A DNA stretch of 64,000 bases from Lytechinus variegatus. Taxonomy: Eukaryota. The stretch is from the NCBI RefSeq assembly GCF_018143015.1, contig NC_054742.1:73513736-73577735 (forward strand), read 5' to 3'. Of the stretch, positions 1 through 12,602 are shown one piece after another. Position 1 is the first letter of the stretch. Every line of letters begins with the position of its first letter. A program made the translations under genes and the position numbers. The notes below the pieces were generated by a model. That model did not search any database. It was given only the letters and a program-made list of their open reading frames with translations, and had not been told where the DNA came from.

Positions 1-575
1 TATAAAGAAATTTTTTTTCTAATTTTCTTTTCATGGCTTCTATTTCAAGCTCCAGAAACGTTTACAAATTAAGTGGGTGATTTGAGTACTGGAAAAAGTA
101 AAGTCTAGACCAAATGGAGATTAGACTTATTTTATATAAGTACTAATAATAACAATAATACTAACATGTTTATATAGCGAATATCGGCACTGCCATATGC
201 ATCGCTATATGGATAGACTACATGGATTAAACTAATTAGATTTAACCCATATGGAATAAGACTTTCTGAAATGTAGTGCAACTCTTAGTAAATCAAGTGA
301 ATCTCAATCCTTTCAAACTTGTAATAAAACAATTTGTTTTAACATTCAGGGCTGTGAGTGATCACAAATAAAAAAAAAGAGCTGAAAAAAGCTGAAGAGT
401 GTTGAATAAAGCTGAAATTGTGGAAAAGAGCTCCCATGGCTTTTGTAGAGGAGAAAGCTAGAACAAATCAAAAGCAAAAAAAGTCGAAAGTGAAACCAGC
501 TACAAAGAAGCTGAAGACTTCAAAGGATGAACAAATCATCCTTTTAACCTGTGTAAGTTTTTGCTGCTTCCTTAC

Positions 576-700
576 CTTATAGATCTTGGTCTCCAGTTCT
601 CCAGCGGAGTCTTCCTCTTGGTGGGTCAGCATGTAGTTATCTGTCTTCCTGATATCCTTCATGGATGGATTGGATACACGCTTGGCATTCTTGGATTTGT
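576..700 (-). CDS. KIF23: KIF23 C-terminal exon: ..KNAKRVSNPSMKDIRKTDNYMLTHQEEDSAGELETKIYK (5' boundary unresolved)
   Basis: Aligns to human [35 protein letters not shown]. Donor gtaagg. No acceptor could be found that is in frame with the upstream exon, so an intervening exon between 700 and 1100 may have been missed. Confidence 0.6.
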
Positions 701-1103
701 TGGGCTGCAGGACCGTTTCTGATCGATCAAAACAAGAAATGCACGCAATGTTATATCACCAAGCACAGGAAACAGCAACTGGAGATAAAGCCGCAACAAT
801 ACCAAAGACGCTACAAAGGGAAAACTGGACAGTCAATAGATTGTGGAATGATATGCTTGGGTAGGGTACCCACAAAGCGCTGGGTAGCTACAAGTATATA
901 ACTATACTGTCATTCGAGCTATCCATATTCAAATCTTTCATGTAAAATAATGCTTTTTTCTTTTCATTGGGACTTGCTTCTCCAGGCACTACTGAAGAAT
1001 TCTGAATTATATGTGACTGGATTTCTGGAAAGTACTTACACCCATTTACAATTGACTTTCTTGAATTTCATTTTGAGATATTAGCAATTATCTCCCCACT
1101 TAC

Positions 1104-1383
1104 CTGTGTCCAGGGTCTCAACGGGTTGGTGATCGATCCAGACGCTGTTGGAGGCTGACCGCGATCGACGATGTCGCAGCCTGACCGGTGGTGGGTTGGT
1201 CTTCCTCTGCGGGGGAGGTGACTTGGATCGATTGAAGCTCTCAGCCAGCACCTCCTTGGCTGCTTTTTTGGCGCTCTCCTCCTCCTCGTGGCCCTGGACG
1301 ATCTCCTTCAGCTGGCGGAGCTTCTCCTCCCGGACCCACATCTCTGTCTGCATCTTCAGCTCCGTCTGCCGTACCCTCTTAGC
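1104..1383 (-). CDS. KIF23: KIF23 tail exon: [65 protein letters not shown]
   Basis: Aligns to human [23 protein letters not shown] .. [22 protein letters not shown] (the Aurora-B phospho-site region). Acceptor tgtag, donor gtaagt. Anchored on the ORF track. Confidence 0.85.
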
Positions 1384-2505
1384 CTACAATAGACATAATT
1401 ATAATATAGGGGGTTAATTGCCTATTCGTCTACTGCCAACATCCTCTCACCACACGGTCTACTTTCATTTAGTCTAATGCCATTCCCGACCATCAACATT
1501 TCTTCTAACAACCATTTGATCCAATCATCACTTTGTCTAATCACTATTTCATCTCATAACCAAATGGTCTAATATCCATTTCATTTTCATTCATATTGCA
1601 CAATTAACACTTTAGTCCAATCAGACCAAATGGTATATGGACTAAATGGCAATTGGACCAACTGGTTATTAGATGGAATGGCATCTTGGGCCCATTCAAA
1701 ACTTTGATAAAGGTTCAATAATGTGAGATATATTCCGGTATCCTTTTACACTCAATCTTCAGAAAGTGCAGTGCTCTTTGAATCTTCTTCATGTCACCCA
1801 TTAATTTTTGAAGAATATTTTTTAATTTTTTATTTGAAAATAGTCAGCATGCTCTCAGCAAAGCTAAGTACTTTTTAAAACAGGCCATGTAAACACTTAC
1901 TTAGTACGTGTAAACACACTTTAGTGACTGCATATCAGAATGCTACAAACAATGTTATATCCTGAAATTTTAGCCTATTCCATGATTAAAAAAACAATTA
2001 CTGAAACAGAAAAAAAAATACTTATTTTAATTTCGATCAGGTGATCAAAATAAACTTTAATGTTTATCAAAAAAATACATCCACTTTTAGGACAGACACA
2101 TTCATACAATCTGATAATAAATAAGCACCATAAACCTGGCTCTCCAATGAATTACTACAAAACACTAAAAAAAACATTTAAATAATTCAAGTACCTCTAT
2201 CTTATTGAAGTCCAAGAAATCAAGGTTACTTTTTACATTATTATAGACCTATATTGAGTATGTTTCCGCCTAGTTTATGTGAACCACACATGAAATATTA
2301 AAACAGGCAGAATATAAATTACGCTGAAAATCGCTGCCAGAGGTAAGCTCACAGGGGGTCTGTAGTACTTTCTCAAAAGAAAAACAAAGCCTAACATGTG
2401 TATTCCAGTAAAATTTCATGCTTATCTTGGGAATCACTGAGCATTGGATTTACCTTATTCTATCAAAATTATTTGACATATTATTATACAAAGCACTCTG
2501 GTGAA

Positions 2506-2692
2506 GGACCTGGGCCTCATTTCACTTAAAAATGCTATGATTGCAACTCTTGCTGGAATGTCAACTTTCATTGGAAGAGCCAATCAGGAAGCAGAATTTT
2601 CACTGTTGTCATGGTAGTTGACATTCCAGCTGATTTGCAGTCATATCAACTTTTTATGAAATGGGGCCCTGGAGGGGTTTTTCACGGAGTGT
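2506..2692. mobile_element. MITE family 7 (GGACCTGGGCCTCATTTCAC ... GTGAAATGGGGCCCTGG)
   Basis: TIR-bounded. A unit of similar architecture at 61361..61515 carries an internal TTGCCATTATGGCAA palindrome. Confidence 0.45.
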
Positions 2693-2838
2693 TAAGTATG
2701 ACTTTTAGTCATGCTTGAATGCCGACAAGCATTCTGTGTACCAATCTTAATGATTGGTATGAAGTAGTGCACATCCTAACTGCGAATGTAAGTGCGACTT
2801 TTAATCACATTTAAAATCTTTGTGAAACATTCCCTTGG
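2682..2838. mobile_element. MITE family 2 copy
   Basis: See the 9204 copy. Shared internal AAGTGCGACT motif. Confidence 0.5.
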
Positions 2839-2946
2839 TACACTGTACATTTTCTTTTTCATTCAAAAATAGAGATGTCTTACAGATATATCAGTACATT
2901 TACTCTCATATCTTCCATTGAAAATTGATGACCCGCTTATACTCAC

Positions 2947-3057
2947 ACATTCCTTTTCCCATTTATCTCTCTGGTTACTGACGGCTCCCTTGAGGGCTTG
3001 TTTCAGACGAGCTCTTTCTTGCGTTTCCATCTGAATCATTTTTTCCTTCTCAGAAAG
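2947..3057 (-). CDS. KIF23: KIF23 coiled-coil exon: LSEKEKMIQMETQERARLKQALKGAVSNQRDKWEKEC
   Basis: The RDKWEKEC segment aligns to human TMKWEKECE. Acceptor atttcag, donor gtgagtat. Confidence 0.75.
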
Positions 3058-3276
3058 CTGAAATATGTAAATTAAAAAGAAATTATATTTATTGGGTACA
3101 TATGAAAGTGATCTTTGTCTTTTTTTGTAAGTTTCTTCTGGAATATGAAATTCTAGAGAGATTCAAGCTGTAGTGAATACATGTTGGTGGGATGCTTTTC
3201 TTCTGATTTGGCATTCCCGGATGAATAAAGGTTAAAGGGGAATCCAGCCTTAGCTAAAAAAACAAAATGCTCTTAC

Positions 3277-3485
3277 CTCTGTAGCCATCTCTCGTTTGTC
3301 TTTCTCGTACATGTTGTGAGTGCGTTGCAGCATGGCGTTGTCCTGTTCCAGGGAACGGATGCGCTTCTCGTTTCGTTCATTTTCCCGCGTCTTAGAGCTC
3401 AGTTTGGCTGATAGCTCTGCGACGGTGGTGCGGAGGTGATCCAACTCGTGATCTCTTTCAACCAGCATTGCCCGAAAAGCGCCTT
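3277..3485 (-). CDS. KIF23: KIF23 coiled-coil exon: QGAFRAMLVERDHELDHLRTTVAELSAKLSSKTRENERNEKRIRSLEQDNAMLQRTHNMYEKDKREMATE
   Basis: Heptad-like coiled coil. Aligns to human NKQSNAFKALLQEFDNAV.. through the central stalk. Acceptor acacag, donor gtaaga. Anchored on the ORF track. Confidence 0.75.
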
Positions 3486-4275
3486 CTGTGTGTAAAACGA
3501 GACAATAAGAGGATGTTGGTAAGTAGAGTAAGTAAGAGCCTTAGACAAAATATACTCATATTTTTTATTGCTTCATTCATATTTCATACTTGCAGTTTTG
3601 TTACATCTTGAAAAGTTAGAAAAAAAGAAATTATAACTTAAGGTTCTAATATAATTGTGAGAAAATTAGGAAACTTTTTGCAGTATTCTTAATTCCATAG
3701 TTTTGCTTGGCTAATCAAAGGTTTGAAATTTAATATCATTGGATAGTTTCATATGGGCAATTCCACAGGTTGGTCCAAATCATGTAATGTGAGTAACCGA
3801 CACATTCCAAAGATATGCCAGGAGCATAATAGAATTCCCAAGTCTTGTTTTTATACAAAGGATAGTCAGACTGTGTACTTTGTTGTGATAAGGAGATGTT
3901 TAGTTCCTATCAATAATAATGGAGTTACAGCTCCAAGTATGAGTCAAGGTGTCTCAAATGTAACGTGAGTAACCGTGGAATAGCCCATATGTCAAAAAAA
4001 CTATATTATGACCCTGCTCTAATATTGACATTATGATATATACCCTAAACTCAGTTAAAAGTAATATACAGTCAAAACTGTCATTATTGCCACCCAGGAA
4101 AAACAGAATAGCGGCCATCGGCGACAGGCGGCCTCTTTGACAAGGTTATATAACACAGACACACATTTATTTTCAAATGAGAGACAATTTGGTTGCCATT
4201 AGAACAGATTTTCACTACAGACAGGTTGCCGATAAGCAAGTTTGTACATCGATGGACAAGAGTTTTTTCCCTTAC

Positions 4276-4378
4276 GTTTTCTTGCAAGTTCATCCTCCAT
4301 GGTTCTCCTCCTTTTCTGTCTCTCCGCCAAAAAGGCAATGAGATTAGAGAGGGTGTCCTCGTCCGAAGGATCGGAAAT
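4276..4378 (-). CDS. KIF23: KIF23 exon: ISDPSDEDTLSNLIAFLAERQKRRRTMEDELARK
   Basis: Aligns to human [31 protein letters not shown]. Acceptor ttttag, donor gtaagg. Confidence 0.75.
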
Positions 4379-5020
4379 CTAAAATGGGACATATGATAAT
4401 AATAATATGCAACATTTATCATACTTTATACAATGTAGATTATTATTCTAAGCACTGCACTCCCTTACTCTGGCAACATCCTAGCTATAGGCCTGATCTC
4501 ACTGGTTTTACGAAATTTAAGGGTAATTAGTGTCCATATTCTTTGTATGCTGGTTAAGGTAATGTATGTTATTGTTGCTCTTTTTTTCTGTAGGAATTTG
4601 ATCTGTTAATAGTTCTCCTGTGTTGAATGCATGCTCTTATGGAATATTTACATCCATTCATTAGTTTAATTATCAATAATTGCTAAGTTTAATTTCATGA
4701 AAGTATATGCTGGGTCATTTTCCTGGTGCACTCTAGGTTAATGTTTTATAGTCAATTTCTCCAGGTACCCCTTATGGGGTGCCTGGATACTCCTTTTTTT
4801 CCTCCTCCTTTTCAGTTCTTTCTCAACTGCACTATGGGAATGACCTTTTAAAGTTTTATACTCTTTATTGTGTAATTTTTGTGATTCTTCTGATTTGTAA
4901 TTAATTTTCACTTCAGTTTGTACTGCTAGACATGTTCTTTTCAATAAAATCCATTTTATCTATCTTGTCTATCTCATGTTTTAAAAAAATGAAATATTCA
5001 AAAATAAAAACCAAACAAAC

Positions 5021-5118
5021 CTGTAAGAGTGGAAACGGTGGTCCAAGGGAGAGAAGTGGGGGTGGAGGTGGCATATCACCACCGTTCTCCTCAAGAAGTT
5101 TCTTGTATTCTTCATTGG
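5021..5118 (-). CDS. KIF23: KIF23 exon: ANEEYKKLLEENGGDMPPPPPLLSLGPPFPLLQ
   Basis: Proline-rich neck-to-stalk region comparable to human PLVTDVVLQSFPPLPS. Acceptor cttgcag, donor gtttgt. In frame with both flanking exons. Confidence 0.65.
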
Positions 5119-5691
5119 CTGCAAGAAAAATAGAAAAAGCAATATTTGATGAGAATCAAAGATAATTTGACCATCGATGGGGGCTGACTTGTCAGCTAAA
5201 CAAATTCCCAATCATCTTATTCATGTCAACAATTTTATTTTGAGTAAAACACCTGAAGCAGATGAAAGACCTGCATGTTACTATATCCCTTCTCTTACCA
5301 TAACTGATAATATAAACTCTCTTATGGAGTGAAACCCTCAAACTACTCATAATTTTTATACTTTATGATCGTATATTTTCATATCTTACAATCATACATG
5401 ATTATTCTATTTGGTGTACATTCATCTATTCAATATCATAAATTAAATTTTACGTTTAGAAGATTTGTCTACTTCAAAAAAAAAAAAAGTTGAAGTATTA
5501 ACTTTTGATTTTGAGGGAATCTTTATTTGTGTATCAGCACATAAATTATTTTTCTATATCATTGTGACAGATGTCCACAGATTCATGTCAACTAAACTTT
5601 TTTGACAATAAAATCTTCTCTGATGTTATTTATTACCATCACATAATTCTGTTGAGAAGTGTTTGAGGCAGTGTTAACATAATCCAGGGGT

Positions 5692-5806
5692 ATGAGGAAT
5701 TGCAAATGAAAAGAGCCGAAGCATAACGAAAAAAGTGAAATTAAGCTGAAAATTAAAGGGCAAAATAACTGAATTCAGCCTTTTAAAAAGCTGAACTCTC
5801 ACACCC
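5692..5806. mobile_element. MITE family 1 copy
   Basis: AGGGGTATGAG..(AAGCTGAAA)n..CTCTCACACCCCT. Confidence 0.55.
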
Positions 5807-6066
5807 CTAATACTAATAATCTATAATAAACTAGTACTCCACTTCAGAATCAAACAAAATATCAGATACCCATAAACTGGGTGACTTTGGACACAACAGA
5901 GAGGGGCGTTGTTTCGTTTAATGTAGTAATGTTGGTGATAGTTACATTTATATAAATGTATATATAAATGTTTCTATCACCACCATTACTATTAAACGAA
6001 ACACCACCTCTCTCTGTTGTGTCCAAAGTCACCCCAGTTTGAGGTAATTTAAATGTGTGCACTCAC

Positions 6067-6163
6067 CCTTTCTCCTGCCTGGGGTAAGACCGATGTCAAA
6101 TCTGACCTCCGTTGGTCTCGCTACTTGTACTTCCTGCGTGATCTCTGCAAACCTCATGACATG
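6067..6163 (-). CDS. KIF23: KIF23 exon: HVMRFAEITQEVQVARPTEVRFDIGLTPGRRK
   Basis: Aligns to human [34 protein letters not shown]. Donor AAGG|GTGAGT. The acceptor is uncertain by a few nt. Confidence 0.75.
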
Positions 6164-6864
6164 CTTTTTGAAGCAAAACAAAACCAAAGCTTCATCAGTA
6201 ATCAACCATTCATATTAATTGTAGACTTGTACATTCTTCAAGCCCGACTTACACATTTTGGGCTAACGTTGTATTTCCTGGACACAGAAGATCGCAGTCA
6301 AGGTTAATACCCAGAAGCCTTTTGTCCGAGCTTGGCAACTGGAATTTTTTATCAAACAATCGCAACTGACCGCAACTAAATCTAAATGAGCAGAGACGAG
6401 TGGTCATGCCAGTGGCAATGAGCACATGCAAGGACACAAACAAGCAACAGCCATCATCTTACGTAGGGCAACACGATGTTACTGCTCAATATACCTTGCT
6501 TAAGCTCGCATCACCTCGCTATGCCAAGTGCATGTTGAGTTAATAATCAAAAGTGGAATCGCAACCTAACGTTTTGCTGTGTAGTATGCTGCGTTTGACA
6601 GCGTGTTGCTGCTTATGGTTGACACAGCAATACAAAAGTGTAAGCCAGGCTTAAAAGGGGTTGTTCATATATATCAAATTAATCATTATCAATATCAAAT
6701 TATGCTTGGTATTGAACTAGGAGGTATTTTGGAGGGCTCTTTTGTAACGAATACGGAAAACCTGGAGAGGAGGGGTGGGGGTGGATAAAAATCAGACAAT
6801 TATTTGGTTTGTATTCACAAATACACTCTTGTTAAGCAATATTGAGGATGGCACTAATACTTAC

Positions 6865-6984
6865 AGTGGTTTCATCATAGTCCTTTGCACTGGGGTTGAC
6901 ACACACCACCATACGGACTTTACCCTCACCGTCAAAGTAGTTCTTAAAGAGATGAGTGAGTTTGGACGTTCTGTAAGGGACCAT
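6865..6984 (-). CDS. KIF23: KIF23 exon (end of motor domain): [40 protein letters not shown]
   Basis: Aligns to human [39 protein letters not shown]. Acceptor cacag, donor gtaagt. Confidence 0.85.
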
Positions 6985-7354
6985 CTGTGTAGAAGAAACA
7001 ACATTTCATACCAGTGAGCAGCAAATGGCAATAGATTAACTCTGTTTCCATTCAATCTTTGTGTTTTGTTATTAAGAGGTAACAGTGAATTACGGAATGT
7101 TGAAAGTCCTTCAAATCAAAATTAATTGCAATTAATTACAAATTTGCAATAGATCGCAAGTTTCCTTTTTCTATTAACAGGTATAAATTGATTTGCTTTG
7201 GTTGAAAATAGACCTATCATTGGTGCATTTGCATCAAAAATTTGCAATTGATAGAAAAAAATTTCGTGCAAAACCTACTTATACTCTCAAGCTTGATCAA
7301 CTCCGACTCAGGTCAAGAGGAGATCCATCAGATTCTGAAACAGTTTCAACTGAC

Positions 7355-7537
7355 CTTGTTGGCCCCTTCTGACTGGTTCTCTCTCAATGTCTCAATGCAT
7401 GTCCTGAGTGTCATCAACGACGCATTGATGCTACCGGCTTCCTTGAGTCTGTCCCCCGTGTTGTTGGTTCGGTTGGTCCTTTCACTTCCTGCTAGGTCAA
7501 CCAGAGACAGCTGGCTGATGGCAATCTGGTCCTTGTC
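7355..7537 (-). CDS. KIF23: KIF23 exon (switch II): [61 protein letters not shown]
   Basis: Contains the LVDLAGSER motif. Aligns to human [61 protein letters not shown]. Boundaries were anchored on the ORF track. Confidence 0.9.
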
Positions 7538-7602
7538 CTGAACAATAGTAATTATCATAAAATGGTTTACTGAACTGTTGCTGAAGCAGCCCCAGTAGTA
7601 CA

Positions 7603-8382
7603 CACAATTGCCTTAACCCTATCTAGGCCGGGTATTTTGGGAGTTCATATGGCGGGGGGGGGGGCCTCCCAGGCCCCCCCCTAAGATCTCGGCCGTCGAG
7701 CGTGCGATCGCGCCGAAAATTGGCACGCGGGTTGCCTGGGGCATAATCTACAAGATTGTATAGAAATTTATTTCATGCAAATCACTATTAAGTGATTATG
7801 CTAATTTATGAGTAATTAGTATGCGAAATCATACTTTTTCCTCTAACTCCCTAAATAAAGCTCCAAATGTACTAATTTTTGGTATAGAAACTCTTTGAGG
7901 TGTCCTTAGCAAGTGTACATGAAAAAAATTGTGCTATCAAATCATTTTCTTATATATTATATTGTTTTTTCAATTTCTTATGTATTTCTTTGTTTTTTGG
8001 ACCTTTTGTTTTTCATTGTTTTTTCAATGAAATTTGTTGGGGACTCTTCTGTGATCATAAAAAGCATAAAATTAATACATATAGACTTGCAAAACTAAAA
8101 ATAATCATACATTTATGAATTTTGGTTGGAAACACAATTTGCATTGACTTTGTACACAAAATCACGTTTTTGAGCAATTTTCGGTCTGACATGCACTTAC
8201 ATAATGTTGCGTAATTTCGGAACCACGTACCCGAGTGACGCAAAATTGGTCTCAAAAGTTGCGCAAGACTTGAAAGTAAAAAGTCAGCGAGCGGCGCGGT
8301 CAAAAAATTTCGCACGGCGAAAATATTGCGCGATTCGTTGAGGGGGGGCCTCCGAGGCCCCCCCCGGCCTAGATAGGGTTAA
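7603..8382. mobile_element. Non-autonomous piggyBac-like DNA transposon (about 772 bp) flanked by a TTAA target-site duplication, in a KIF23 intron
   Basis: TTAA at 7603-7606 and at 8379-8382. Terminal inverted repeats CCCTATCTAGGCCGG.. and ..CCGGCCTAGATAGGG, each with a subterminal G-rich run and GGCCTCC(C/G)AGGCCCCCCC. There is no long ORF inside. Confidence 0.65.
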
Positions 8383-8569
8383 GCATGTTTAGCACGGCCT
8401 TTGATTCAGCAATCAAACTTCCCTGATTTCAGCCATTTCTATCCAATTTCCCGAATTTTTTCTGAGTGGAAAAAGAAAAAAGATTGCCCCTGATGGGCTG
8501 GGAACCCTGTCAATCATTTGATGAATTTTCATGATATCTTAAAAAACATTAAAACTTACTCAGGAACAT

Positions 8570-8712
8570 TTCCATTCACATCAAATGCCAAACTGGGGCC
8601 CGTACCACAAAGCTTAGCAATCATCGTAGTACATTCTCCTATGGTTGATTGCATTGTCTACAATGTACAATTACTCATGAAAGTTAAGCATACGATTACT
8701 GGCTGGCTAACT
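8570..8712. mobile_element. MITE family 3 (GGGCCCGTACCACAAAGCTTAGCAATCATCGTAG ... CATACGATTACTGGCTGGCTAACTTTGTG)
   Basis: TIR-bounded. A second copy at 37005..37137 shares about 80 percent identity. Confidence 0.55.
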
Positions 8713-8754
8713 TTGTGTTTATAATAAAGGACCCCACTCTGTTGACTGTCTTAC

Positions 8755-8876
8755 CTGTATGACCTCCTGGCCCAGTGAGTCTAGGGGTGCCTGGACCAGT
8801 CTGATATTGAAGACACTGTGGCTACGACTTGACTCTGTGTTCAGCTGGGTGTGAGCCACCTTACGCCTGGCCTGAC
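8755..8876 (-). CDS. KIF23: KIF23 exon (switch I): [41 protein letters not shown]
   Basis: Contains the NxxSSRSH motif. Aligns to human [39 protein letters not shown]. Acceptor acaacag, donor gtaaga. Confidence 0.85.
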
Positions 8877-9203
8877 CTGTTGTGTTAACAGTCAAAGTCA
8901 AAGGTCATTTATTTTGGATGGCTTTCAGAATACTTATTTTGCTCCTCCTTATCTTCTCAGCTGTGAATATGCTATTGATTCACTTGATTAATAATTGGCA
9001 GAATGTCATTAAGTGAGAGCCAAAAACATGACACCAAGCAACTTTCCACATTCAGCTGGCATTGTCCCTTGACTTGCCCGAGAAGCAAAACTCTATCATC
9101 CTTCTATAAATAGTTTGATTCATTGACATGTAGGTAACCTGCATGAGAAGACCTTCCCTTAGTCAAATATTTGCCAGAGTCAGATAAATTCTGTAGACCA
9201 TAG

Positions 9204-9408
9204 GGCTGTTTCACAAAGATTTAAGTATGACTGAATTGTATTTAAATGCCACTCGGTACATGACGTGCAACACGCAATCATTGCGCAATACTGCGCGTCC
9301 TCTAGGCATGATCTGACCAATGCGGTCATGCCTTTTTATATCGCAGGCAACTAGGCATTTAAGTGCGACTCTAAGTTATACTTAAATCATGGTGAAACAC
9401 CCCCTCCC
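9204..9408. mobile_element. MITE family 2 (TIR GTTTCACAAAGATTTAAGTATGAC ... TTAAATCATGGTGAAAC)
   Basis: Imperfect TIRs. A second copy sits at 2682..2838 (TTTCACGGAGTGTTAAGTATGACTTTTAG ... AATCTTTGTGAAAC). Confidence 0.55.
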
Positions 9409-9645
9409 CCCTCTCCTAGGTAAAATTTCTCCTCTAAGTGGAACAGATTCCTGTGGAGTCCCAAAATATTTGACTTATGCAGAGTTTCCCTTTACTTCTA
9501 CATGTATCATCCAACATATTCCTTGCCATTTTTTTTAACTTGCTAAGCTGATGATGCCAAATGAAGTAAAATCCAATATTGCATCACAAGATACCAAATT
9601 GAACGATTTTATTAAAATAGAAGGGAGTTTTATTTGGATTGTTAC

Positions 9646-9758
9646 CTTTGAGGAAGACCTTATACGCATCATCTGTTGACTTGACCTCTACCTCAGTACA
9701 CATCGCAACATACATGTTATGATTGCAATCTTCTCTCAGATTTCTTGGCGTCAAACCC
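9646..9758 (-). CDS. KIF23: KIF23 exon: [37 protein letters not shown]
   Basis: Aligns to human [33 protein letters not shown]. Acceptor ttttcag, donor gtaaca. Confidence 0.85.
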
Positions 9759-12437
9759 CTGAAAATGAATGAAATAGGAAAAAAAATATATGGTTTAAGA
9801 TTTTTTATTTTCAGAGGGGACATCACAATGCAAATGGGCATGAGAACAATGAAAGAGAAAGTAGACATTCATGTACAATTGAAAGGTACATAGAGTATGG
9901 CATTCATCTTCTCTAAATTTATGACAGATTTTAACACACACAAATAAAGCATAATTCTGAATTGTTTTTGTCTTCAGGTAGCATCCACAACTAGCCTTAT
10001 TTAACCAATTCTGATTCTTATCATTGACTTACAAATTGACCAAATTTACAAGACCTTTTCTTGTATTAAAAATTGAATACCGGTACTGCATGCTAAGCAA
10101 CATACTATTCAATACACGTTTAACGGTACTGAATTACTTTTAGTCAAACTTGAATTGCATATATAGTATGTAGATGTGCCCAACTTTACCCGAACTAATA
10201 CTGACTACTGAAGTTCTATTACTATCAATTTTTACCAACAAGAGATATGTAATATATTGCAAAGAGACAATAAATTGGATAATTTGTGTACAAGGTATGC
10301 TTTGCTTAGCTGTATTAAAAAAAAATGTTTTCAATATCATTTCCTCAAAGTTATTTGAAAGGCTATCAGACATGAACTAAAATCTTCATAATCTAAAGCC
10401 CCCCATCACACGTATTCCAAATCAAGCAGAATTGGCTGGAATGAAAGGACTATTGTTTGACCACCAGTTGGTCATTTAAATCTACTTCGAACACCGTTCG
10501 AAAATACCCCTTCGAATGTTTTGAACATGACCAAAACCCTCGGGATGGCTAAAAAGAAATGACAAAAATATTTTGAATGCACTCGAAATGCAGTCAGAAT
10601 ATTTAGAATGCGCCTAGAATGTCCAAGAGTGTAGCACAAATTATCAATCTGACTCCATTGCGGTTCATTTTGACTAGTGTATGATGATTCACCTGGTCAA
10701 TTTACTGAATTTCAACTCCAGTTTGGTGAATTCAGAAGTTTAGAAATTTCTAGATTTTTAAATATTTTTTTCGTTCCAGCTGATTAGAAATGTGTGATAG
10801 GAGCTTAAGGTAAATAAAAGCTGAAAAAAGCAATATCACCTAAACACAATTATGAACAAGCCTTGAAATTCCTTAAAACAAAGAGCATGTTTTGGGGTTT
10901 TTTTTCATGTAGCTTTCTACATGTACATTCATACCAAAATAAGTGCAAAACTGCATTTACATGCAAAATGACTTATGCCTCAGATGATCTTTGTAGGTTT
11001 GCATGGTGGAGTTTATCATGTGGAGAAGGTTTACGGTTCACCATGTGTAATATAAAGAAGGGAAGGAAATACAGGCAGAAAAATTGATATGGAAAGACGA
11101 GAAAGGATGAAAAGGGGAAATTAGAAGTATTCTCTTTCGACAAATGCCTCTTTGTTAATATGGATATAAAATTTAACAGTGAATAAGCTTTGAAATATAA
11201 ACAAAAAGTAACTGTATGCACTTCAGTCACAGGGAAAATAAGAGGACAGCCTCAAGTGGAAGGGAAAATAAATTAATATAATAATTAATCATATTTTCAA
11301 TAAAATAGTGTGTAGGCTTCTACTAACCCTGAATGAATTTTTTTTGACAGGCTTGAGAAAGTCCACGTGGGTGGATGAGAGCTTGTCAAAAATATTATCA
11401 AGGTTGGTAGAAACTTACATTTTTTGCTATGCTACAGAACTCTAATACGTCGGAACGAAATCTCTAAAGCGATTTACAGATAAATCAAACAGTGAGTAAA
11501 ATTTGTTCATGCAAATTTGTTTAAAGCATTAACATGAATGAAAGAAGAGTGATACTGAAACCATTTTAATAACACCGTTTTCAATCAATGCAGTTAGTTG
11601 TGAAGTGGCCCTAATTAAAAGAACTAAACAGAAAAGCAAAGCAGGTTACATAAAACCAGCTATAAAATAAACATGAAATAAAGAAACCAAACAGAAAACT
11701 CAATGACATACATTTCATCTCTGTTCCAACGATTCCTGGTGTAAGCAACAAGGAATTGAAGAAAAAAAAAGAGAATATAAAATCATAAAGTAAATACACA
11801 TAATGAATGAGCATGAGGGATGTGTAACTTCATAGTTTTTATTTCATAGGGTTAACTGTATGGTAAAGTGATGTGAACTTTAAAGCTGGGTTAACATGAA
11901 ATGAGTAACAAAATGATTAATGGTGGAATCTGACTTTTATACAATGATTGTGACATGTATGTCAACACACAGTTATGACGATGTCATATGATCACAATGT
12001 CATTTGAACCCCATGATTTAATGGTGAATAAATCTATTTTTGTTAATATTCCAAAACTGTTATGCATTGAAATGACCACCAAATGTGCCGAAAAATGAGT
12101 GTATGAGATTCAACAGTGTCCCAATAATACCTGCCAGAATTTAGAGATGGACAGCCAAGCCCAAAGGTCGGGGTTCAGAGGGCCGACTGAGTCTCCGAGA
12201 AGGTTCAGGGGCAGAGCCCCAGGCAGGGATCAAGAAGGAAGTTCCTGCTGAATATCTTGTATTTTAGCAACTTGGCCTCTAAAAAGGACTGGGCTATTAA
12301 TTTTTTTGCCATTTTGAAAGAAAATCAGGTCAGTTGGCAGGTCTGGGGTATTCATCGATCTAATTACTGAACTTGAGATCAGAGTTTAAACCAAACCCAA
12401 GATTAGAATACCGGCATTTATGTTTTAAGATACTCAC

Positions 12438-12602
12438 TTTGAATGGAGTGAGTAGGGAACCTCTTCTAGGAGGTCAAAGATCTGATTGTTGTAGATCTCA
12501 ACGTAGGAAACATAGATGGCATAGTTGTTATCCTCGTCCACGGTGCTGAGGCAAGTAGGGTCCGGTACCCGTACAAAGTTGTCCAAGTCCGGAAAAGCTT
12601 TC
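12438..12602 (-). CDS. KIF23: KIF23 exon: KAFPDLDNFVRVPDPTCLSTVDEDNNYAIYVSYVEIYNNQIFDLLEEVPYSLHS
   Basis: Aligns to human [28 protein letters not shown]. Acceptor tcaccag, donor gtgagta. Confidence 0.85.
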
